From a virus (Duplodnaviria; Caudoviricetes), in IMG/VR virus record IMGVR_UViG_3300020045_002291, positions 1 through 41,304 of that record: a DNA stretch of 41,304 bases; one strand, given 5' to 3'. Positions 15,835-24,191 of this stretch are shown piece by piece. The notes under the pieces are model-generated. The model worked only from the letters and a program-made list of their open reading frames with translations. It ran no database searches and was not told the origin of the DNA. Positions within the stretch are counted from its first letter, which is position 1, and each line of letters begins with the position of its first letter. The position numbers and the translations under genes were made by a program.

Positions 15835-16256
15835 TGGCTACCAAATCGTCACGCCTTGTCGGAGCGCATAATTACCTTGAAGTCCTGGCTGCGAAGGAAA
15901 AGATCAAGCCAGAAGACGTGTCGGAAATTCAATTGAGAGTTTTGATTGCGCTTGATGCCGCCAAGCGCAACCGTTGCCCACCATCGCTTGCCAATTTCCT
16001 GACAAAGCATACAATCATGGCGGCGGCAATCGGCAGCCAAATGCGGGACCAAGCTTTCTACAAGCTATGTCTTAAGGGCTATGAGGCCTTGTTCAAGGCC
16101 AGCATGAGGGACACGATTGATCTTGATTTGACAACTGGTGAATACACCGTGATACGTCGTATGATTGGTTTGTATCTAAACCATCTACCGCGCATCGAAC
16201 GTGGCACTTATGAGTTTGCCTGCAATCATGCGCAAAAAGTTTTGTCTCGACCTTGA
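15834..16256 (+). CDS. Hypothetical protein
   Basis: 140 aa, TAATG coupling. Confidence 0.7.
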   Translation: MATKSSRLVGAHNYLEVLAAKEKIKPEDVSEIQLRVLIALDAAKRNRCPPSLANFLTKHTIMAAAIGSQMRDQAFYKLCLKGYEALFKASMRDTIDLDLTTGEYTVIRRMIGLYLNHLPRIERGTYEFACNHAQKVLSRP

Positions 16257-16270
16257 TTGCATAGTATGAT
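16242..16270 (+). promoter_or_regulatory. Sigma70-like promoter preceding a terminator
   Basis: TTGTCT-N17-TATGAT. Confidence 0.55.
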
Positions 16271-16302
16271 GCGCTATCTCCTAGGTTGATTCCGCAGCCT
16301 TT

Positions 16303-16339
16303 AAGCCGCCCGCTGAGCAATCGCGGCGGCTTTTTTTTT
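16303..16339 (+). terminator. Intrinsic terminator
   Basis: GCCGCC(C)GC-loop-GCGGCGGC followed by T9. Confidence 0.85.
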
Positions 16340-16430
16340 GCCTAATTTACGTGCAGCACGACAAACAACGGTAAAATTTAGATTGTCGGATTTTACATAT
16401 CCCCAACACAATATTGAATCGAGGTTAGCA

Positions 16431-19016
16431 ATGCTAAACCAACTTTCCACAAGGCAGTGGCCCTTGCCAGGGTATCCGGGAGATTTTCCTTTCTTCGGGC
16501 CGATGGTCGTTAAGCCCGTCATCCTCAAGACCTCAAATGCAGCGCTCAATGTCCCGGGCGTTGCTCTCACGTTCCAAAATGGCAGTACGACCAATGCGAT
16601 AGCCGGTGGCACAGGCGTCTTTGCTGGCATCTTGTCGAACAAAAACACGCAGCCCTATGATGGCAATCTTCCAACTGGGCCGGTACTGAATATCCCGAAC
16701 GACACGCCAACTTTCGCCACGTCACTATCAACGGGCGTCTATGCCACGCTGTCAACGACTGCGCGGGTTGGTGATGGTGTTGCCTTCAACACCTCAACCG
16801 GCGTGCTTGCGGCTGCTCCTGGCGGCGTTGTGCCGAATGGACATACACTCATTCCTGGCGCTGTAATTTTTCGCCAGAATGTTGACGCGGCTGGCACGGT
16901 GGGTATTGTCCAGATGTCCAACTATGTGACGCCGGAGGAGACCGAAAGCGTTGACGTGCTGATCTATGGTGCCACATGGCAGGGTGTCGTAGCGGCCATC
17001 AAGGCAAAACAGGCTGGGCTGTCCTACATGCTTCTAAGCGAACGCGACGATTTGGGCGGGATGATGACCTCCGGCATTCAGTTGACCGACGCGTTCAGCT
17101 ATCCAAATTACACCCGAGCGGCCATTCCAAAGGACACCTTGACCAATGAGTTGTTTGAGCGGCTGGCGACTCGCTACAGCAAAAACCAGCAAGCCATGTT
17201 CCGCAATCAATCGTATTCATCTGAAAGCAAGGGGACGTTGGCCGAGATTCAGGCGATGATGACAAAGTACGGCGTCACCTATACGCCGAATGCCTATCTC
17301 ACCGGCGTGTTGATGTCCGGCGGGGAGGTGGTGTCAGCCACGTTTAATGGTGTCGGTACCGTGGCAGCAAAAGTTTTCATGGATTGCAGCTATATATCGG
17401 AGATTCTGGCCGCATCTGGTGCTGACTACACGCTTGGAGCCGAAGCGGCAGCTACCTACGGGGAATCAGCGTACGGTGCAGGCTGGTACACCGCTGGCGG
17501 TCAGCCAGCCAACAACATTGACCCATACGTCACTCCAGGTAATTCCGGGTCCGGCCTGATCAAGTATGTGCAACCGTCCACCGCTGCACAGGCTGCTGGC
17601 AGTGCCATTGCTGACAAAGTGCAGGCGATGGGCTTCCGACTCAGCATTACGCAGCAGGCGGGGCAGAAGGTGGCTATCCCTGCGCCCTCGGATTCGACTG
17701 GCACTTATGCGACATGGCCGCGCTTGGCCGACTACGAATTGCATCGCCGCTGGTTCCAGACCAACGGGACCGGGTTGTCGCAATTGGTTCAATATTTTAA
17801 TCTGCAAACGACCTTTGGCTTCATCAACAGCACGACCTCGACAGCAAAGAGCGATGCAAATACCAGCGGGTTCATTTCGCTGGACTTCCCTGATGTCGAT
17901 CTGTCGTCCGCCTACTCTAAGCCACAATCCGACTTGGCCGCGTGGCGTGCAACACGAGCTTCGATTGAGGAAACGATCAAGCAATACACGCTGGGTCTGA
18001 TCTATTTCCTCAAAAACGACAGTAGCGTGCCGGCTGCTCTGCGCGCCGATACCGCGACCTATGGTTTCTGTTCGGACGACTACCTGGCCACTGGCGGATT
18101 GCCGCCGCGACCATATCCACGGTCAAATATCCGGGCGCTCGGGGATTTGTCCCCTGTCACGGCTGGCGATATTTCGGCCCTAAACACGGTCTCGGATCCT
18201 GTCGCGTTCTCCATGTACGCCTACGATGCGCATATCCGCCAGTATTACGACAATGCGGGCAAAGTTTGGCAGGAGGGCCACACCCCGTTGTCGATGACTC
18301 AATCCACCACGATGTCACGTATCAGCATGAAGGTTCTGTTCCCTAAAAAGGCACAGGCGCGCAACCTCATAGTGACGTGGGGCGGCAACATGACCAATGC
18401 GGCGTACAACGCCATTCGAGTCGAGCCGATCATGGGCGTGATGTCCGAGGTTGCAGCATTGGTGGCCTGCGCAGCGGTAGAAAACAACATCGCTGTACAG
18501 GACGTTAACTACGCGACCATGATCGCGGCGAAATCGCCACTGTTCGGGAACAACAAGACCGGCGCTATCGTGATTTCCGCAGACGGTACCAGTTGGAATA
18601 GTGGCGGGGGCGGAGGTCATACTGTGGTGCGTTCTGGCTACTCGCTGACCACCTTAGCCAATCAGCCATATGGCACTGCGAGCGCGGCAACCTGCGCGCT
18701 TACCAGCGGCACCAACACGGTAACGCTCACGCCTAACATCTCTGTGGCTGGCAACTACCGTGTCGAGTTGAAGTACATTGACAATTCTTCGGTACCAGTT
18801 CGGGGCAGTGTCAGTGTCGTTACCACCGCCAGCGGCGCGGATCAAACCGCAGTGGTGATCAATGAGAGTTACACCGCCAACACTTGCGGCGACTGGCAGA
18901 CTATCGGAACCTACGCCTTCACCACCGGCCTGACGTCCGCTAACAAGGTTGTAGTTACCCACGACAACACGGCGAACAGCACCAACGTTCTGGCTGTCCG
19001 CTTCGTGCTAGCCTAA
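16431..19016 (+). CDS. Multidomain protein: cement/decoration-like N-domain, FAD-dependent oxidoreductase domain, golvesin/CBM-like C-domain
   Basis: DVLIYGAT.QGVVAA, LGGMMTSG, AKVFMDCSY...LAA.SGA.Y..G.E, SMYAYDAH, NL.V......AY.AIRVEP.M; C-terminal G.Y.V..KY and W..IGTY.F; ATG 16431 with GAGG RBS. Confidence 0.8.
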   Translation: MLNQLSTRQWPLPGYPGDFPFFGPMVVKPVILKTSNAALNVPGVALTFQNGSTTNAIAGGTGVFAGILSNKNTQPYDGNLPTGPVLNIPNDTPTFATSLSTGVYATLSTTARVGDGVAFNTSTGVLAAAPGGVVPNGHTLIPGAVIFRQNVDAAGTVGIVQMSNYVTPEETESVDVLIYGATWQGVVAAIKAKQAGLSYMLLSERDDLGGMMTSGIQLTDAFSYPNYTRAAIPKDTLTNELFERLATRYSKNQQAMFRNQSYSSESKGTLAEIQAMMTKYGVTYTPNAYLTGVLMSGGEVVSATFNGVGTVAAKVFMDCSYISEILAASGADYTLGAEAAATYGESAYGAGWYTAGGQPANNIDPYVTPGNSGSGLIKYVQPSTAAQAAGSAIADKVQAMGFRLSITQQAGQKVAIPAPSDSTGTYATWPRLADYELHRRWFQTNGTGLSQLVQYFNLQTTFGFINSTTSTAKSDANTSGFISLDFPDVDLSSAYSKPQSDLAAWRATRASIEETIKQYTLGLIYFLKNDSSVPAALRADTATYGFCSDDYLATGGLPPRPYPRSNIRALGDLSPVTAGDISALNTVSDPVAFSMYAYDAHIRQYYDNAGKVWQEGHTPLSMTQSTTMSRISMKVLFPKKAQARNLIVTWGGNMTNAAYNAIRVEPIMGVMSEVAALVACAAVENNIAVQDVNYATMIAAKSPLFGNNKTGAIVISADGTSWNSGGGGGHTVVRSGYSLTTLANQPYGTASAATCALTSGTNTVTLTPNISVAGNYRVELKYIDNSSVPVRGSVSVVTTASGADQTAVVINESYTANTCGDWQTIGTYAFTTGLTSANKVVVTHDNTANSTNVLAVRFVLA

Positions 19017-19036
19017 ATTGCCATCTTCGCATAAAG

Positions 19037-19066
19037 AAAAGCCCGCAAACATCGCGGGCTTTTTTT
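19037..19066. terminator. Bidirectional intrinsic terminator
   Basis: A4-GCCCGC-loop-GCGGGC-T7 between convergent units. Confidence 0.85.
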
Positions 19067-19093
19067 ACGTCTTGGCGGTGGGGGCGTTACAGG

Positions 19094-19264
19094 TCATAGC
19101 GACCACCAGTAGCATTCCCAGTCGTGGGCTTCATCGGCGGCCCAATCAGCTCGATAGCAGGCATAGCGCAGTTGGAAGCGTTCTCGGTGTGAGCGGCCAT
19201 AGCGGTATGGATGCTTACCGGCAAAATGCCCCTCGCGCTTGTTGCGGCTTTCGGTGATCTTCAC
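19094..19264 (-). CDS. 56-aa hypothetical protein
   Basis: GTG start overlapping the upstream TGA, GGAGG RBS; MKITESRNKR...ECYWWSL. Confidence 0.5.
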   Translation of the reverse strand: MKITESRNKREGHFAGKHPYRYGRSHRERFQLRYACYRADWAADEAHDWECYWWSL

Positions 19265-19842
19265 TTCGCCACCTCCCCAGCTTGTGCAAGGGCAGCGCGG
19301 GCTGCTTCAATAGCCGACTCGCTGTAGTACTCGCCAGAGTCAACGGGCGAATGTCCGCAGTCCATCGGATTGTCGTGGCGCTCCATATCATCGCCGCAAC
19401 AGCACACGCCCGACTTGATGCCGAATTCATCGATCAGGCGCAGCAGTGCGGTAAGTGATTCCACCAGCGCGGCATTAGACGCGGCAGCAGCGGCGCAGGC
19501 TTGGCCGTAGGCGCGCATCTGGATAGCCGCAGCACTAACTAACGTTAGTGGTTCGCCAGCATGCGACTTTACAGATGCTCTGCGATAGCCGTTTTGAGTA
19601 TAAAGAACGGCATGTGTCGGCAATTCTGGCAATTCAGGCAGCGCACCACTGGCGACTGGTGGGGTGGCGAGGGCTGCGGAAATTGCGCGGTCTAGCACTT
19701 CGATGGCCTGTTTGTGTGCATCAGCATAGTGACCCGGCTTTTCCAGGCTATCCAGCGATACCGACACACGCTTGCAGCGCTTTTTCAGGTCATCGATGAT
19801 TTCATCTACCCATTGCTGCCCGAGGTTTTCAAGATTGCTCAT
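19261..19842 (-). CDS. Mosaic phage early protein
   Basis: LPELP, QMRAYG..CA, GVCCCGD...H...GH.PVD.G.Y modules. Confidence 0.7.
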   Translation of the reverse strand: MSNLENLGQQWVDEIIDDLKKRCKRVSVSLDSLEKPGHYADAHKQAIEVLDRAISAALATPPVASGALPELPELPTHAVLYTQNGYRRASVKSHAGEPLTLVSAAAIQMRAYGQACAAAAASNAALVESLTALLRLIDEFGIKSGVCCCGDDMERHDNPMDCGHSPVDSGEYYSESAIEAARAALAQAGEVAK

Positions 19843-20549
19843 TTCGTCTTTTCTCCTTGTTGCGCCGCGATAGCAGCGTCGATAGCGTCTTTAGCCGCTT
19901 GGTTGATCTGGTTTCGGAACTCATTATCAAGGCCCAAAATCACATCCTCGTGCCAATCTTTGTCGATCATATTGCCCGTCTTCATGACCTTGAAGATGGC
20001 GTAGGCTACTGCATCTTTCGCCACATCAGTCACGGAGGCGGCGGGCTGTGGGGCGGCGGCAAGCATGGCGTCCCAAATCAGATGAAAATGCGGCGGATAT
20101 GGCTTTAATGGGTCTGGTACGCCTCGTGCTGCTAGGCACATATTTTGAGTAGGCTCAACCGGCACCAACTGCCAGCCTTCCGGCACTACTGGCTGTGCTG
20201 CTACAGGCACCACAGGGGCAGCAGAACCGCTGTCCGCTTCCAGTTCCTTGATGTACTCTATGACAGAACCCGGCGCGTATTCGTCGGTGTGTAGGCCGCA
20301 CGCTTCTTGGATGGCCAGCATATCGATTAGCATGGAAACATCGAGTTTTGCGGCAGCAGCAGCCTTGCCAAGCTGGTAGGCGCGCCAAGTCAAAGCGCAG
20401 ACATTCCGCGAGTCTTCCTTGCCTTTAAGGGAGCGCATCAACGCCACGCGCTCAATAGCGGCATTACACGCCGTGCAATCAAGCTCCGAATACAAGTCCT
20501 GCGACTTGCTGCCCGTATCCAGGCAAACGGTGCAGAGCGGGGCGCTCAT
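19839..20549 (-). CDS. Ead-like mosaic early protein
   Basis: C..C.DTG..LDC..C N-terminus and VPEGWQLVPVEPT..M..A...W.AMLAAAP module. Confidence 0.7.
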   Translation of the reverse strand: MSAPLCTVCLDTGSKSQDLYSELDCTACNAAIERVALMRSLKGKEDSRNVCALTWRAYQLGKAAAAAKLDVSMLIDMLAIQEACGLHTDEYAPGSVIEYIKELEADSGSAAPVVPVAAQPVVPEGWQLVPVEPTQNMCLAARGVPDPLKPYPPHFHLIWDAMLAAAPQPAASVTDVAKDAVAYAIFKVMKTGNMIDKDWHEDVILGLDNEFRNQINQAAKDAIDAAIAAQQGEKTK

Positions 20550-20857
20550 GCCGCGCCCGTTGCTTTGGCGATGGCGGCGCGGGCACGGTCGAACATTTGC
20601 CCATCGCCGTCATCATTGAAATCTTCTTGGCGCTCGCACATTGCCAATAAATCGCTTAATGACTCAAGCAGTTCCGGTGATGCGGCCACCAAAACGGCAT
20701 TTGCCAGCATATGCTTGTTTGTAGTGCGATCGCTTCCGCTCCAGCCACGCGGAACATAGGCGTGATCGCAAATAGCTATATTGCATGCGCTGCCATTTTC
20801 AGCATTGATACTGTGGCCGTCTACTTCCCAAGGGCCAGGGGTAAATTGTTTGTTCAT
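20546..20857 (-). CDS. Conserved phage protein (TPGPW...ANA.L.AA.PELL family)
   Basis: Motif recognition; ATG 20857 with AAGGAAG RBS. Confidence 0.8.
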   Translation of the reverse strand: MNKQFTPGPWEVDGHSINAENGSACNIAICDHAYVPRGWSGSDRTTNKHMLANAVLVAASPELLESLSDLLAMCERQEDFNDDGDGQMFDRARAAIAKATGAA

Positions 20858-20892
20858 CTTCTTCCTTTCTGATGCTGGTAAGGACCAGCGGG

Positions 20893-21198
20893 TTATTGGC
20901 ACTCTGCTTTTACGGTGTCCAAGTTGCGCCACGCTAGCCGACTCGCTTGCGTACCGCATTCAGCCACCACCTCGTCCCAGTCATTGTATTTAGTCGATAC
21001 TGGCCCAGCTGGAAGCGCTACCATGCATTCTTTCAAAATCTCGCGGCGCAAGCACTGGTCGTAACCGTACTGTGGCTCAAGCACGCCGCCTTTGCTACAG
21101 CCCGCCAGCGCGCCAGCAACTACAGCAACAACGATCAGAGCAAACACGCGGGCAGGGACAGTGGACCAGAACGGGCGGTGGGTGGGGATGCGGTTCAT
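20893..21198 (-). CDS. Predicted lipoprotein
   Basis: Hydrophobic h-region followed by lipobox LAGC; Cys-containing mature domain. Confidence 0.7.
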   Translation of the reverse strand: MNRIPTHRPFWSTVPARVFALIVVAVVAGALAGCSKGGVLEPQYGYDQCLRREILKECMVALPAGPVSTKYNDWDEVVAECGTQASRLAWRNLDTVKAECQ

Positions 21199-21626
21199 TC
21201 CTCGTCACCTTCGCCAGAGTCGATCTTTTCGCCAAATTCCTTGACGCTTCCCGAGAAAATTTCTTCACCATAGCTATTTACAGAGATATGGATATCGCCA
21301 GCAATCCGTGGATCGGTCCAATTGCTTTCTTCGGTAACGGTGATGCAATAAGTATAGTCTTGGCCACAATCACCAGAATCTATTGGATAGATGTAGATTC
21401 CGCCAGCTTCCTTTTTAAAGTTGGAAACGATTTGCGCCGCCAAGCAACCTGCGCCATTGGCTTGCTTCGTATTCCTGCCGGTCATGCCATTGACGATTTT
21501 CATGCCGTCAAGAAGCTCGAAAAGATCGCGACCATGCCCATCCAAGTAGCCATCAAATTGACGGTACATGTTAAGCAGATTTACACCTTTCGATGTCTTT
21601 ACCAGTGTGATGCTGCGTGTTCCCAT
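21195..21626 (-). CDS. Conserved phage protein (MGTRS...YRQFDGY family)
   Basis: YRQFDGY..GHG..L..., NGAGCLAAQ.V..FK...GG.Y motifs; AGGAG RBS. Confidence 0.8.
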   Translation of the reverse strand: MGTRSITLVKTSKGVNLLNMYRQFDGYLDGHGRDLFELLDGMKIVNGMTGRNTKQANGAGCLAAQIVSNFKKEAGGIYIYPIDSGDCGQDYTYCITVTEESNWTDPRIAGDIHISVNSYGEEIFSGSVKEFGEKIDSGEGDEE

Positions 21627-21680
21627 TTCTCTCTCCTAAGTATTGGCCGGCACTTGCCGACCTGCGTTGTTGATGTAAGA

Positions 21681-21709
21681 ACTATGCCACGGAAATTTAA
21701 GAAACGCAA
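21681..21709 (-). promoter_or_regulatory. Leftward early promoter (hub 2)
   Basis: TTGCGT-N17-CATAGT. Confidence 0.75.
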
Positions 21710-21736
21710 CACAGTTCGCGAAATAAACAACACCTA

Positions 21737-21765
21737 TTGATTTATGATGCGCAACCGTGTAGCAT
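21737..21765 (+). promoter_or_regulatory. Rightward early promoter (hub 2)
   Basis: TTGATT-N17-TAGCAT followed by TGTTGCA, as in hub 1. Confidence 0.6.
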
Positions 21766-21810
21766 TGTTGCAAGCGGTCAAGAGCCGCTAATCTAACCTC
21801 GGAGAGAATA

Positions 21811-22029
21811 ATGAACAAACCAACAGGCGGCGCGGCGTTTCCCGTGCCTGAAATGGGAACCAATGAACGGTACCAAGGCATGACACTGCGCGACTACTTC
21901 GCGGCAAAGGCGCTTCCCTCAATTGTTTCCAGTTGCGACTGGGAAGATGAAGAATGCACGGTTCAGTCCATGGCCGAAGATGCATACTCTCTTGCCGATG
22001 CAATGCTTGCGGAAAGGATTAAGTCATGA
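21811..22029 (+). CDS. Conserved phage protein (GMTLRDYFAAKA family)
   Basis: GG.AFP, GMTLRDYFAAKAL, A..AY..ADAML..R. Confidence 0.85.
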   Translation: MNKPTGGAAFPVPEMGTNERYQGMTLRDYFAAKALPSIVSSCDWEDEECTVQSMAEDAYSLADAMLAERIKS

Positions 22030-22415
22030 CGCCTCAGCAAAAAGCCGCATACGATGCGGTGCGCGCCGCAAAGCACAAAGGGCTTCTTATCGCCCCATCA
22101 AAATGTAACCGATGCTCCGAGCCGGCGCGCAAGGGCCGCGATGGTAGAACGCTTCTTCATGGTCATCATCACGACTACTCGAAGCCGCTTGATGTTGAGT
22201 GGATCTGCGTTAAATGCCATAGGAAAGAAACCCGCTTACCACTGGGAGAGTCAAACGGCAATGCCATATTAACAGCAAAACTTGTTCAAGCAGCGATCCT
22301 TCTGCATGAATCAGGCTTCGCGCTTGTTGATATTGCAGGCTTCTATGGGGTTAGTAGGCAAGCAGTATCGCACGCAGTCACAGGCAAAAATTGGCTTGCG
22401 GAGCGTGCAAAATGA
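22026..22415 (+). CDS. HNH-like Zn protein with C-terminal HTH
   Basis: C..C...HHHDYSKPLDVEW.C..CH, then GE.NGNA.LT and IA..YGVSRQ.VS....GK.W. Confidence 0.75.
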   Translation: MTPQQKAAYDAVRAAKHKGLLIAPSKCNRCSEPARKGRDGRTLLHGHHHDYSKPLDVEWICVKCHRKETRLPLGESNGNAILTAKLVQAAILLHESGFALVDIAGFYGVSRQAVSHAVTGKNWLAERAK

Positions 22416-22612
22416 CTTCCCACGTATTCACAGAGGACCAAAACACCATGGAATGGTACATCGACGGCATCCCAGTTGCCGAACTCAAGCGGCGCTATGA
22501 GGCGCATGATGCGCTTGTGAAGGCTTTGGCCGATGTCATGATTGTGGACGATGGCATAGCCTACAGCATTGCCTTGCGCGCCCTTGCTGCTGCGGAGGTG
22601 CGCAATGGCTAA
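22412..22612 (+). CDS. Hypothetical protein
   Basis: ATGA coupling; AHD.LV.AL motif. Confidence 0.6.
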   Translation: MTSHVFTEDQNTMEWYIDGIPVAELKRRYEAHDALVKALADVMIVDDGIAYSIALRALAAAEVRNG

Positions 22613-23066
22613 GTCAATCATCGTCCACGGTCGCCCTGATTGGGGCATGGCTGAACACGCCGAGAAGCTGCGGCAACACTTCGGCCTCAAGCATGTCGTG
22701 ATCGACTTCGACGGCAAGTTCCACGAGGAAGAAAACTTCCTTTACATCGCGTACTGCTACCTTCCTGGCTGCACGCCGGCCACGATGCGCGTGATGTCGT
22801 ACCAATCGGCAGCGGACGAATACAACAGCCTGATACCACTGACAGACTGGCAAAGCGGACCGCCTCCTATGGTGGGGGAGTGGAATGCAACGTTTCTTAG
22901 AAGTGACGATGCACGTCGGTGGTGGGATGGTGAAAGTTGGTCAAACGTTTGGCATAAAAAAATAACCATTGATGGCGCCTGCTTCAGGGCAAGTCAAAAA
23001 TCGGCCAATCAAAATTGCATATTTTGGCGCGGCCTCTCCCAAGAGCCTATCAAGGTGACAGAATGA
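22605..23066 (+). CDS. Hypothetical two-module protein
   Basis: GGAGG RBS; W.SGPPP.VG.W.A..RWWDG..WS C-terminal module. Confidence 0.7.
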   Translation: MAKSIIVHGRPDWGMAEHAEKLRQHFGLKHVVIDFDGKFHEEENFLYIAYCYLPGCTPATMRVMSYQSAADEYNSLIPLTDWQSGPPPMVGEWNATFLRSDDARRWWDGESWSNVWHKKITIDGACFRASQKSANQNCIFWRGLSQEPIKVTE

Positions 23067-23305
23067 GCGCGCAGCCTAGAGTTTGGCGCTGGTGGACCGC
23101 TCCTCCACCGTGGGAAATCATGAATGACCGCGAGGCTCTGCTTAACTACGAGTTGTCGCTGATTCATAAGGCCGCGCACGACGAGGCAGAGGCAATCATT
23201 CAGGAGCTTGTCGAAATAGAGGCAAGGAAGCCGCCCAAGCCCTTCTACATCGAATCAATGATGCTTAGTGCTGAGGTGGTCGCGGCAATGAAAGTTTGGG
23301 AATAG
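23063..23305 (+). CDS. Hypothetical protein
   Basis: ATGA coupling, 80 aa. Confidence 0.6.
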   Translation: MSAQPRVWRWWTAPPPWEIMNDREALLNYELSLIHKAAHDEAEAIIQELVEIEARKPPKPFYIESMMLSAEVVAAMKVWE

Positions 23306-23320
23306 GAAAGGAGAAGTAGA

Positions 23321-23641
23321 ATGAGCAGGAAAATTCTATGCAAAAAGCTTCACCAGATGTCGAAAGATTTGTTCCCTGCGTTTTCTTTAAACCTAACTCC
23401 CCAAGCAATGACTACATTGAGCGTAATCACTGGTGATGACGGAGTAAGGCGCATTGTGTTGCCTTCGCAGGTGTGCGACGATGCTGTGGAGCAAATCGAA
23501 AAAGACCACATTCTAGCCATGAAATACAAATTCCTTTTGGATGGCTTGAAAAAAAACGGCATGGACCCGCTTTACCAATTCATCATGCATGAAACCATTG
23601 AGGAAGGTTACGAATTCCTCAAGACACGTGAGGAAGTATGA
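23321..23641 (+). CDS. Hypothetical protein
   Basis: 106 aa, AAGGAG RBS. Confidence 0.65.
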   Translation: MSRKILCKKLHQMSKDLFPAFSLNLTPQAMTTLSVITGDDGVRRIVLPSQVCDDAVEQIEKDHILAMKYKFLLDGLKKNGMDPLYQFIMHETIEEGYEFLKTREEV

Positions 23642-23716
23642 CCGCCGAAGAACACGACCGCGCCAAGCGTGAACTTGGCTTCCCACCCAAAAAAACAACA
23701 CAAGGCCGCTAGACCA

Positions 23717-23744
23717 TTGCTTTCGCGCTTGATTTAGGTAGAAT
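23717..23744 (+). promoter_or_regulatory. Promoter of RNA cluster
   Basis: TTGCTT-N16-TAGAAT. Confidence 0.55.
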
Positions 23745-24036
23745 GAAAGCCTGAATTCGCAGCCACTGACGGTATCCCAGGCGCTACGGCAAGAGGGAGA
23801 GAGCGGCAGGGCAGCACAAGAGCAGCAGTAGTAAAGAAGTCGGCATGGGCTACGCTCCCCAATCGGAGACACTATCAGCACCAAGACATGCGCCGGATAA
23901 TCGTAACCGGCACGCAATACCGAGCCGCAAAGGGTTAGCGCCTTTGCAAATCCCTTTAACGAGGGCGCAGCGCCGAATAAACGCTGCTTATGCGAGGCTC
24001 CAGCAGGGACCGGCTGTAACGCGGTCCAAGATCAAT

Positions 24037-24114
24037 TGCGGTATGGAGAAGCGGTCTATCTCGTCGGCCTCATAAGCCGAAGAACGTTGGTTCGAATCCA
24101 ACTATCCGCAACCA
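24037..24114 (+). tRNA. tRNA-Met(CAT), initiator-like
   Basis: D-stem GAGA/TCTC (A11-U24), anticodon arm TCGGC-CTCATAA-GCCGA, T-arm GTTGG-TTCGAAT-CCAAC, ACCA end; one bulged base in the acceptor stem. Confidence 0.85.
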
Positions 24115-24122
24115 GTTTCAAA

Positions 24123-24191
24123 GCGGGGTTAGCTCAATGAAAGCAGCGGATTAATAACCCGTTGGGAGGTTCAAATCCTCGCCCTGCACCA
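24123..24191 (+). tRNA. Degenerate tRNA (nominal anticodon AAT), possible pseudo-tRNA
   Basis: Acceptor GCGGGGT/GCCCTGC plus ACCA, short D-arm, loop TTAATAA, 4-bp T-stem GAGG-TTCAAAT-CCTC; 69 nt. Confidence 0.55.

Noticed and set aside
16256-16280. CATAG-N9-CTATC as a fourth copy of the late palindrome
   Set aside because: The spacer is 9 rather than 7 bp and the half-sites are weaker.
16338-16430. TTG-start extension of the 892-aa ORF
   Set aside because: It begins in the terminator T-tract; ATG 16431 has a GAGG RBS and follows a plausible promoter.
4200-21709. Dispersed GAACTATGCCA repeats as CRISPR repeats or att sites
   Set aside because: They are not regularly spaced and coincide with -10/-35 hexamers at 17-bp spacing, so they are promoters.
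24037-24191. tRNA 3' ends as an attP site
   Set aside because: No integrase recognised and the tRNAs are full-length units in an operon; cannot be excluded without the host genome.
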